Source of the DNA: a candidate division WOR-3 bacterium
Lineage (GTDB): Bacteria > SDB-A
DNA: 46,491 nucleotides
NCBI GenBank assembly: GCA_016934535.1
Contig: JAFGSQ010000034.1
Coordinates: 1-46,491 of the forward strand
Direction: 5' to 3'
Part shown: positions 29,321 through 39,543 of the stretch, piece by piece
How the letters are laid out: the number at the start of each line of letters is the position of its first letter
Position numbering within the stretch: the first letter of the stretch is position 1
The notes under the pieces: generated by a model
The model's database searches: none
What the model was told of the DNA's origin: nothing
The model's input: the letters and a program-made list of their open reading frames with translations, nothing else
Program-made: the position numbers and the translations under genes

Positions 29321-29839
29321 TTAAAAAGTTATTTTATATGCATCCGGCTTTGTGTCAAGGTTTTTTAAAGTTTTTGACAGAATGTGCGATACTGTTCCGG
29401 TTATCAATCCGGTTAAAACACTGAATGCAAACACGAAAGGGAACAGGGAAGACATGATCCCCCCGACTATTATGTCGGCAAAAAACAAAACAATCACGTT
29501 GTGAAGACAGCTTGCCGCCACACTCGCGCCAACGGGACCTGACCCCGGTATTTTTACAAAAAAACACATAACGGCGAAACTCGACAGCGAAGCCACACAG
29601 ACGGCCAAAAAAACCGGAGTCAGCATTGAACCGGAAATAATCCCGGAAGCGGCGATTTTCAGCAAGACAGTAAAAAAAGCCGATGAGAGATTTCCTTTCA
29701 GGATAAGGTATAGAATGACGGCATTTCCGAAGCCGATCCTGAAAAAAGTCGGGTTCAAAAAACTCTCCATAACGTGAAGAGCGATTGCTATTGTCGAAAA
29801 AACCGATAGTTCAATTATTTTGTCGAGTTTTATTTTCAC
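29321..29839 (-). CDS. Gx transporter family protein (annotated as heptaprenyl diphosphate synthase component I-like)
   Basis: AIALHVMES, RIGFGN, GPVGASV....HN, TGLITG; follows a NusG-II gene. Confidence 0.85.
   Translation of the reverse strand: MKIKLDKIIELSVFSTIAIALHVMESFLNPTFFRIGFGNAVILYLILKGNLSSAFFTVLLKIAASGIISGSMLTPVFLAVCVASLSSFAVMCFFVKIPGSGPVGASVAASCLHNVIVLFFADIIVGGIMSSLFPFVFAFSVLTGLITGTVSHILSKTLKNLDTKPDAYKITF
29331..29358 (-). promoter_or_regulatory. Putative sigma70 promoter for tRNA-Ala, inside the 3' end of the upstream CDS
   Basis: TTGACA-16 nt-TAAAAT ending 12 nt before the tRNA. Confidence 0.65.
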
Positions 29840-29841
29840 GG

Positions 29842-30225
29842 TCAGTATGTAGTTGCGTCAATGTCCGGTTTTTGTCCGGATATGGAGAGCCAGACTCCGT
29901 TAGGCAGGCACGCCGAGGATTCCCACGTTCTTTTTATCCATCCGCGTTTTTCGCATATTTTGTTACGGCATGGTGAGGAAAGTATTCTCGCTTTGCCTGA
30001 TTTGATTTCGATTACTGTCATGCCGATATCACCTTTCACGCTCAAAACAGTGTCAGTTGACATACTGAGTACGTGCCTTTCGCCGGAGGCTGTTTCAACA
30101 ACAGCGTAAAAAGCGGGCTCCGAAGGTTTGAATTTCAAAACAAGGAAAAGTACCGACAATGCTAAAAAAAAGGTAAAAATTATGTAATCGGCGGGATACG
30201 GGTACAATTTGAAGATTTTTTTCAT
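29842..30225 (-). CDS. NusG domain II-containing protein (DUF1312)
   Basis: N-terminal TM; SPCRNKIC...GWI.....SACLPN. Confidence 0.9.
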   Translation of the reverse strand: MKKIFKLYPYPADYIIFTFFLALSVLFLVLKFKPSEPAFYAVVETASGERHVLSMSTDTVLSVKGDIGMTVIEIKSGKARILSSPCRNKICEKRGWIKRTWESSACLPNGVWLSISGQKPDIDATTY

Positions 30226-30241
30226 GTCGTCGGGATGTGTG

Positions 30242-31258
30242 TCAGATGAGAAATCCCGTTTTTCTACCGCATTTTGAGCACTTGCCGTCTGTTATACCTT
30301 TTATCGAAGAGTCGAAAAGATATCTTTCAATCCAGAGGTTGCCGCAGTCCGGACAGTAAGAATTCATTTTTTTTCCTACGTTTCCGAAGAAAACGAATTT
30401 CAGGCGTTTTTTTGCTTCTTCGTAAAATCTCATCATGTCCTCTTCATCGGTCGGAGGAGTTGTATACTTGTAATTAGGAAAATATTTGGATATGTGATAG
30501 GGGATCTCGTCGTCCAGCGAAGCCAGAAATTCCGCCGCTTTTGCTATTTCGTCTGTCGTGTCATTAAAACCTGTTACGACAAGGGTCGTCACTTCTACGT
30601 GAACTGAATTTTCTTTGAGAAAGGCTATAGTGTGTAGAACCGAATCGAGGTCGCCTCCGAGTATTTTTCTGTATTTGTCGCTGGAAAATGTCTTGAGATC
30701 TATGTTGGCACCGTCAATCAAAGGAGTCAATTCTTTCAAAGGTTCCGGATTTATTACACCGTTCGAGACTATAACATTGTAGCCGCCGTTGTCTCTCACT
30801 TCTTTGCCGGCGTCGAGAAGATATTCAAACCACACCAGAGGTTCCGTGTAAGTGTAAGCTATTCCTATGGATCCGTTCTGCTTTGACATTCTGCCGGCCT
30901 CCATTGGAGAAAGGTAAACCGTCCGGGCCAGGGTCTGGGATATGGTGTGATTCTGACAGAAAGGGCAGTCGAGATTGCATCCGTTAGGGGCTATAGAGAG
31001 AATGTTCGATCCCGGTTTGAAATGATACAGGGGTTTCTTTTCTACCGGGTCAAGAGAAACAGAGACGGTTTTTCCGTAACCAAGGTTGTAAAGAGTTCCT
31101 TCAATATTACCTCTTATTTTGCATAGTCCGGTTTTACCCTGTTCTATGACGCAGTTGTGAAAACAAAGCAGGCACTTCACTGCGCCGCTGTCCAGTTTTT
31201 CGAAAAATTCCGCTTTTTTTTTCGTTTTCAATCCAATGTCCCGTGTTCGGTTTTCCAC
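30242..31258 (-). CDS. amrS: AmmeMemoRadiSam system radical SAM enzyme (start may be TTG 31231)
   Basis: CLLCFHNC...GLC; DPVEKKPLYHF.PG; GCNLDCPFCQN; AYTYTEP; C-terminal CPDC...CSKC. Confidence 0.9.
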   Translation of the reverse strand: MENRTRDIGLKTKKKAEFFEKLDSGAVKCLLCFHNCVIEQGKTGLCKIRGNIEGTLYNLGYGKTVSVSLDPVEKKPLYHFKPGSNILSIAPNGCNLDCPFCQNHTISQTLARTVYLSPMEAGRMSKQNGSIGIAYTYTEPLVWFEYLLDAGKEVRDNGGYNVIVSNGVINPEPLKELTPLIDGANIDLKTFSSDKYRKILGGDLDSVLHTIAFLKENSVHVEVTTLVVTGFNDTTDEIAKAAEFLASLDDEIPYHISKYFPNYKYTTPPTDEEDMMRFYEEAKKRLKFVFFGNVGKKMNSYCPDCGNLWIERYLFDSSIKGITDGKCSKCGRKTGFLI

Positions 31259-32223
31259 TCTATAACGTATTCTTCAAAGCCCGAAGACGACAGGAATTCA
31301 AGACCTTCATCCGTTTCTATTGCAAGAAGGAAATCTGCGCCGGTTGCATCGGCGATTATTCTGCTGGTTTGAGGAGGCAGTATCATGAAGGCCGTCGATA
31401 GCGCGTCCGCTTCTTCAGCCTTTTCGCATATTACGGTTGCGCTTACAATACCCCGGGAAGGCATAAGATTTGACGGGTCGAGAATGTGATGATACCTGAC
31501 GCCGTTTTTGATTATGAATCTCTGATAATCCCCGGAAGTGCATACTGATTTTCCGTTGAGGTTTATTACTGCAATTAGTTCACCGGGGCTCCGGGGATGC
31601 TGAATCCCGATTTTCCATATTTTTCCGTCTTCGCGGTATCCTCTGACGGCTATGTCTCCTCCGGCTTCAATCAGTACGCCGAAAACGCCCAGGGATTCGC
31701 AAATGTCGGCGGTCGTTTGAACAGCCAATCCTTTTGCAATTCCGCCTAGATCCGGAGTTCTCCACGGAGTACAACCCAGTCTGCCGTTCTCAATAACCGG
31801 AAATGCCGTATTTCTGATTCCGATTATGGATTCGAGCAAAGATGAATCTGGCAGTGTTAAAGTTTCCTCTGAAAAATCGCCCCACAGACGCATGACGTCT
31901 CCTAAAGTGGGATCGAACGCGCCTTCTGTTATGTCCATCAGGGTGCATGATTTTTCCCACAGGTAAAAAGAATAAGGATTGAGAGGGGAATCCGTCAGAA
32001 AAATGTTTTCCGGTCCAAAAAGCGAGTCGAAATATGAAAGATTTTCAGAGGAGATTTTCAGGCATTTTTCCAGAGTGTCTCTGTCCGGTCCTGTGACAAT
32101 TATTTTCACTTTAGTGTCCATGCAAAAAAAAGACGTCTCTTCCCTGAAGATTGTAACTTCTTTTTTGGAGCATGAAAGCGACGGAATCATAATTGCTAAT
32201 GAAAACAAAATTTTTACTCTCAC
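31228..32223 (-). CDS. apbE: FAD:protein FMN transferase lipoprotein
   Basis: Lipobox LSC; GAFDPT, DLGGIAKG, GGD, TSGDYQR, YHHILDP, ADALST. Confidence 0.93.
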   Translation of the reverse strand: MRVKILFSLAIMIPSLSCSKKEVTIFREETSFFCMDTKVKIIVTGPDRDTLEKCLKISSENLSYFDSLFGPENIFLTDSPLNPYSFYLWEKSCTLMDITEGAFDPTLGDVMRLWGDFSEETLTLPDSSLLESIIGIRNTAFPVIENGRLGCTPWRTPDLGGIAKGLAVQTTADICESLGVFGVLIEAGGDIAVRGYREDGKIWKIGIQHPRSPGELIAVINLNGKSVCTSGDYQRFIIKNGVRYHHILDPSNLMPSRGIVSATVICEKAEEADALSTAFMILPPQTSRIIADATGADFLLAIETDEGLEFLSSSGFEEYVIEWKTEHGTLD

Positions 32224-32651
32224 GCCAACCCGCTTATCTTGGCTATAAAATTTCTGTGTGCCATAAAAAGCTCTTCAATTATATGGGCGGGCACTGTTTC
32301 GCCTTTTCCGATTCCCGGACATGTGAGATTTTGAAAAGCGGATTCGTCCCTCAGAAGGGTGGACCAAAAAGGGAAAGTCCTGCACTGTATGGGTCTAACC
32401 GGATATATGATGCATTTGTTTCCTTTTAAAAATCTGCATTTTGACGGATGTTCGTCATTTATAATCATGTGTCCTTCATTGTCTTTTGTGAGACATTCTT
32501 TCCTGAAATTTTCTTCAAGCATACCCATAAAAAAAGAAACGGCAGTGATCTCCTCGTCAGTCAGATATACCGCTCCGCCCTCGACGTCACAACAAGCCCC
32601 GCATTTCTGACATTCAAACCTGATGCCGTCTTCAAAAAAACTCTTTGACAT
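32220..32651 (-). CDS. YkgJ family cysteine-cluster protein
   Basis: CQKCGACC, CRFL, CIIYPVRPIQCRTFPFW, CPGIG. Confidence 0.9.
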   Translation of the reverse strand: MSKSFFEDGIRFECQKCGACCDVEGGAVYLTDEEITAVSFFMGMLEENFRKECLTKDNEGHMIINDEHPSKCRFLKGNKCIIYPVRPIQCRTFPFWSTLLRDESAFQNLTCPGIGKGETVPAHIIEELFMAHRNFIAKISGLA

Positions 32652-32717
32652 TAAGTGGTTTTCCTTTTACTTATTAATGCTTTTCGGCAAAAACAATACA
32701 GCAGATTATGAGATTAT

Positions 32718-33377
32718 ATGACAAAAAAACAAATCAGCGCCATATTTTTTGATTTCGACGGAACTCTGGCCGACACAATATGGATTTGGGAATCAATAGA
32801 CGAGAAGTTTTTGGGAGCACACGGGATTGAAGTGCCCGCAGATCTTAAGTCGAGGATTGAGGGCATGTCGTTTGAAAACACGGCTCTGTATTTTAAAAAG
32901 AACTTCGGTATAAAACTCACTCCTGAGGAAATAGTCGCAGAATGGTTCGATATAGCCAAAAAGCCCTACGAAGAAGATGTTAATCTTATAAAAGGAGCAA
33001 AGGAAACTTTGCTCGAGCTGAAAGAAAATGGAATGAGGCTCTTTCTGCAGACGTCAAACAAAGAGGAACTCGTTATGCCGGTTCTTGAAAAATACGGAAT
33101 TAATGATTTCTTCGACGGGATGTTTTTTTGTCAGCACAAAGATTCTCCCCTCACTTATTCCATTATTCTGGAAAAAACAGCCGGCGGTAAAAGAGCGATG
33201 ATGATTGACGATGCCTGTACTGCACTCGAAGCGGCTAAAAAATCGGGTATGATTACCGTAGATGTTCTGATACATAAGTCGGATAAAGAGAAAGAAGACG
33301 AGAGAAGTCACGCTTTCATAGATTATTTTGTTGAAGAAACGCTCGAAGAAATACCTGATATCCTGAGAATTTATTGA
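32718..33377 (+). CDS. HAD family phosphatase
   Basis: FDFDGTLAD, TSN, IDDA...AAKKSGM. Confidence 0.88.
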   Translation: MTKKQISAIFFDFDGTLADTIWIWESIDEKFLGAHGIEVPADLKSRIEGMSFENTALYFKKNFGIKLTPEEIVAEWFDIAKKPYEEDVNLIKGAKETLLELKENGMRLFLQTSNKEELVMPVLEKYGINDFFDGMFFCQHKDSPLTYSIILEKTAGGKRAMMIDDACTALEAAKKSGMITVDVLIHKSDKEKEDERSHAFIDYFVEETLEEIPDILRIY

Positions 33378-33410
33378 AAAAAAAAGAGCGGTTTTAAACC
33401 GCTCTTTTCT
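33377..33410. terminator. Bidirectional intrinsic terminator
   Basis: A-run, AAAAGAGCGGTT/AACCGCTCTTTT stem, T-rich tail between convergent genes. Confidence 0.88.
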
Positions 33411-33432
33411 CTGAGGTGTTTAAGCCTTTGTA

Positions 33433-34806
<1,374 letters not shown>

Positions 34807-34824
34807 TCATCAGAATAAAAAAGA

Positions 34825-34853
34825 AAAATATACTTAGCTTCAACAAGTGTCAA
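34825..34853 (-). promoter_or_regulatory. Putative sigma70 promoter for gdhA
   Basis: TTGACA-17 nt-TATTTT on the minus strand. Confidence 0.5.
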
Positions 34854-34961
34854 GAAAAATGTATTTATGCGAATATAAAAATGATGTTATTATTCCTCGT
34901 CGCCGGAACATTTCGTTTCTGCGGATGTTTTTTTGCGTTTAGTATAATCAGGAGGGATTAA

Positions 34962-36236
<1,275 letters not shown>

Positions 36237-36240
36237 AGTT

Positions 36241-36573
36241 TTGAAAAAACGTTTGTTTTTCACCGTTTTAACCGTTCTGGCAGTTGTTTTAACGGTTAAA
36301 ACCGTTTTCGTGGGACCCGAGAGTTTGGTTAACATTTCAAGAATGAAACACAGGAACGATTCGCTGAAAAACAGACTTGTCGAGCTCGAAATGAAAAAAG
36401 CCGTGCTCAGTTACAATCTTGTCAGACTCAAAAGGGACACGGCTTATTGGGAGAGAGTTTTCAGACTCTCCGGTATGGGCAAAAGAGGCGAGGCGTTTTT
36501 TATTGTGAGAAACGAAAGCCTCGTACTTGTCTATGATTTTCTTGAAAGCGGAGAAACCGGGATTTCGCAGTGA
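36241..36573 (+). CDS. ftsB: Septum formation initiator (FtsB/DivIC-like)
   Basis: Directly after eno; TM, coiled coil, L.RD..Y.E...R..GM.KRGE. Confidence 0.75.
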   Translation: MKKRLFFTVLTVLAVVLTVKTVFVGPESLVNISRMKHRNDSLKNRLVELEMKKAVLSYNLVRLKRDTAYWERVFRLSGMGKRGEAFFIVRNESLVLVYDFLESGETGISQ

Positions 36574-37631
36574 AAAAAGCAAAAGTATATTTAGCCGGAA
36601 TTGGCCGTTTAAATCCCGAAAAAGCCCTCAAATTGATAACCGGAAAAATCCCGAATGTCTTTAGTAAAAAAGAAGCCGTCGCCGTGAAGGTTCATTTCGG
36701 AGAAAGAGGAAACACTACTTTTCTGCCGTCGGCTTTTCTCGCTATAGTTGTTGAGTCTGTGAAAAAAAGCGCGGGCGATGTTTTTGTCACAGACACCAAC
36801 GTCCTTTACAGAAGCGAAAGAAGCAAGACGGTTCAGCATCTTAACCTGGCTTACGAGCATGGATTCTCGCACGATAAACTCGGTGCGCCGGTGATAATAG
36901 CCGACGGCTTTGACGGGGGGGACGTAGTCAGAATTAAAACGAATGGCAGGCATTTCAGCAGTTTTCCTGTGGGCGGAGCAATTCACAAAGCCGGCGGTCT
37001 GGCTGTTTTTTCGCATTTCAAAGGGCATTTACTGGCCGGAGCCGGCGGTGCCGTAAAGAATCTCGCGATGGGAGGCGCTTCCAGGGCGGGTAAGCAGATG
37101 ATGCACGCAGACGTGGTTCCGGAAAAAAGAAAAGATAAAACTTGCCTGAAGTGTTTCAAATGCGTCAAAACATGTCCGGAATCAGCCGTTTCGATTGACG
37201 ATACAGGTCCGGTGTTCGATTTGAAAAAATGCGTGGGATGCGGAGAATGTATTGCGTCTTGCCCCGAGGGAGTAATAAAAATACTTTGGAACGTCAAACC
37301 AGAAAATTTCGCCGAAAAACTTGCCGAGGGCGCAAAAGCGGTTCTTTCCGGAAAAGAGAAATCGTCCGTTTTTATAAACGGACTGCTGTCCGTCACCCCT
37401 GAGTGTGACTGCATGGCGGACGCCGGCGATCCCATGGTCGAAGACATAGGCTGGCTTCTTTCGACAGATCCGGTTGCGATTGACGCGGCGAGTTACGATC
37501 TTGTCGCAAAGAAAACCGGCAGAGATGTATTTCATGACGCTCATCCCTCGACCTGTTTTCTCAAATGTCTCGAATATGCTGAAAAAATAGGCCTCGGAAC
37601 CAAATCCTACGTTATAGAAGAATTGAAATGA
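36570..37631 (+). CDS. DUF362 domain protein with 2x[4Fe-4S] ferredoxin insert
   Basis: VKVHFGERGN, SHFKGH, KNLAMG, two CxxCxxCxxxCP motifs, CDC, DPVAID. Confidence 0.9.
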   Translation: MKKAKVYLAGIGRLNPEKALKLITGKIPNVFSKKEAVAVKVHFGERGNTTFLPSAFLAIVVESVKKSAGDVFVTDTNVLYRSERSKTVQHLNLAYEHGFSHDKLGAPVIIADGFDGGDVVRIKTNGRHFSSFPVGGAIHKAGGLAVFSHFKGHLLAGAGGAVKNLAMGGASRAGKQMMHADVVPEKRKDKTCLKCFKCVKTCPESAVSIDDTGPVFDLKKCVGCGECIASCPEGVIKILWNVKPENFAEKLAEGAKAVLSGKEKSSVFINGLLSVTPECDCMADAGDPMVEDIGWLLSTDPVAIDAASYDLVAKKTGRDVFHDAHPSTCFLKCLEYAEKIGLGTKSYVIEELK

Positions 37632-38917
37632 AAATTGTCAGGGACGCCGTATGGGGCGACATCGAACTCACAAAGCTCGAAACTGAAATAATTGACACCA
37701 GGCAGTTTCAGCGCCTGAGAAAAATAAAACAGTTGGGATGCGCTCATCTGGTATACCCGACGGCTCTTCATACCAGATTCGACCACAGTCTCGGATGTCT
37801 TCATTGCGCGAGCCTTATAATCGCCGGCATAGAAAAAAAAGGATTTGTTTTCAGCGACGAAGATATTTTGACCGTAAGAACCGCCGCACTGCTCCATGAT
37901 ATTACTCACATCCCTTTCGGACACACGCTGGAAGACGAAAGAAGAATATTCCCGCGGCACGACATCAGCCGGGAAAGGTGGAGTAAAATAGCGGAAGACG
38001 GAGATATAGGAAAGACTTTGAGAAGAGAGGGAATTGACAAAATTGTAAGAGATTTGCTTTTTGACGACAGCAGACATTTCCGTTCGGAAATAGTAAAGGG
38101 AGCTGTTTCGGCCGACCTTCTCGATTATCTGGCCCGCGACTCGTTTTTTTGCGGGATAAAAGTGGGATACGATCTACGCGTTTTCAGGTATTTCGGCATT
38201 GACGGCGGGAATCTCGTGATGGAACTTTTCAAAGACGGCATGTTCAGACACGACGCTTTTTCTGAAACTGTAAACCTTCTCAGATCGCGGTATTTCATGA
38301 CTGAAAGAGTTTACTATCATCATTCGAAAATAGCCTCTTCAGTCATGATATCAAAAGCCGTAGAAGAAGCCGTGTCCGCAGGTTTTGACGGGGAAAAGTT
38401 CATGACTTCGGGAGACGATGAGATTCTGATCGAAATCAGGCAAACGGATAGAAAGAATTCTGACGCATCGAGAATTCTTGATTTATACGACAGCAGGAAG
38501 CTTTACAAGAGGAGTTTTTTACATCAGACGAGGGACATAACGGACGAAAAAGCCCGGGATCTTTATTACGACACTAAATCCCTGCGGAAAAAAACGGAAA
38601 ACAAAATTGCCAAAAAGCTCAAAGTGAGACCCTCTCAAATTGCTCTTTACTGCCCTCCGCCGGACATGTACTTGAAGGAAGCGGACGTAACCGTGCTTGT
38701 GAGCAAGAATAAGCACGCAAAACTCGGCGACATTGAAAATCCGGACATAATGGCTCTAAAACACAAACACAGACTTTTGTGGAAAATATACCTTTTCATT
38801 TCCCCCGATATTGAAAACCTCGGCGACAGAGCGGGAGAAGCGTGCTCGGAAGAATTGTCTCTCAAAAATGAATTGCCGAACGAGAAGAGAGGTCAGCTGT
38901 CTTTGTGGACGAATTGA
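37628..38917 (+). CDS. HD-domain phosphohydrolase (SAMHD1/dNTPase-like)
   Basis: FQRLRKIKQLG, HTRFDHSLG, LLHDITH.PFGH, ADLLDYL.RDS, VYYHH. Confidence 0.9.
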   Translation: MKIVRDAVWGDIELTKLETEIIDTRQFQRLRKIKQLGCAHLVYPTALHTRFDHSLGCLHCASLIIAGIEKKGFVFSDEDILTVRTAALLHDITHIPFGHTLEDERRIFPRHDISRERWSKIAEDGDIGKTLRREGIDKIVRDLLFDDSRHFRSEIVKGAVSADLLDYLARDSFFCGIKVGYDLRVFRYFGIDGGNLVMELFKDGMFRHDAFSETVNLLRSRYFMTERVYYHHSKIASSVMISKAVEEAVSAGFDGEKFMTSGDDEILIEIRQTDRKNSDASRILDLYDSRKLYKRSFLHQTRDITDEKARDLYYDTKSLRKKTENKIAKKLKVRPSQIALYCPPPDMYLKEADVTVLVSKNKHAKLGDIENPDIMALKHKHRLLWKIYLFISPDIENLGDRAGEACSEELSLKNELPNEKRGQLSLWTN

Positions 38918-39531
38918 AATTAGATATGTACAAATGTTCTTTTGCCGGGAACAGGGAACTTTTCGTGCAAAAGCGCTTTGTCACCATAGGAGAGTACTCT
39001 TTCTACAAATCTTTGACGAGGGACGATTCGGCTCTCGAAGACAAGGATATTTCCGGAGAAAACATTTTCGACGTCAGTTTTGTAGACGCCGCCTCTTTCT
39101 GCAATTATTTGAGCGAATTGGAGGGATTCGGGAACGCGTACGATGTATCGAACAATCCGGTAAACCCGGCGATTCTGGATTCTGAAGGATACAGGCTTTT
39201 TACAGCCGGTGAATGGCTGGAACTTGTAAAAATTGAAGAGGACCTGAAAATCTCGGGTGTAAGAGACCTGAAAGGTCTGCACTGGCAGTTGACTGAAACC
39301 GAAAGATCTTTGCCTTACCGTCCGGACGGATCGGGCGACGTGGAACATCCTGAATTCACCTGGTCTTACAGGGTAGTCGTAGGCGGTTCCTGCGACTCGT
39401 CTGAAAAACTGATGTCAGGCGATCCGGTCGCACTTTTGCTTGGGTACGATGGCAATTACAAGACGTGCTTCAGAGTGGTGAGAGGAAACGCTGAGCAGAA
39501 CGCGGCGATGAGGCGATTTACCGCGAACTGA
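38905..39531 (+). CDS. Divergent formylglycine-generating-enzyme (FGE/SUMF1)-fold protein
   Basis: VSFVDAASFCNYLS, GYRLFTAGEW, GVRDLKGLHWQ, RVVVGGS, FRVVR. Confidence 0.65.
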   Translation: MDELKLDMYKCSFAGNRELFVQKRFVTIGEYSFYKSLTRDDSALEDKDISGENIFDVSFVDAASFCNYLSELEGFGNAYDVSNNPVNPAILDSEGYRLFTAGEWLELVKIEEDLKISGVRDLKGLHWQLTETERSLPYRPDGSGDVEHPEFTWSYRVVVGGSCDSSEKLMSGDPVALLLGYDGNYKTCFRVVRGNAEQNAAMRRFTAN

Positions 39532-39543
39532 CAGAGTTCGGGA

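Noticed and set aside
31214..31222. Nine-base homopolymer near the amrS start
   Set aside because: Reading frame is intact across it, so no evidence of a switch
38905..39531. Possible diversity-generating retroelement target (FGE/CLec fold)
   Set aside because: No reverse transcriptase and no template/variable repeat pair seen in the window
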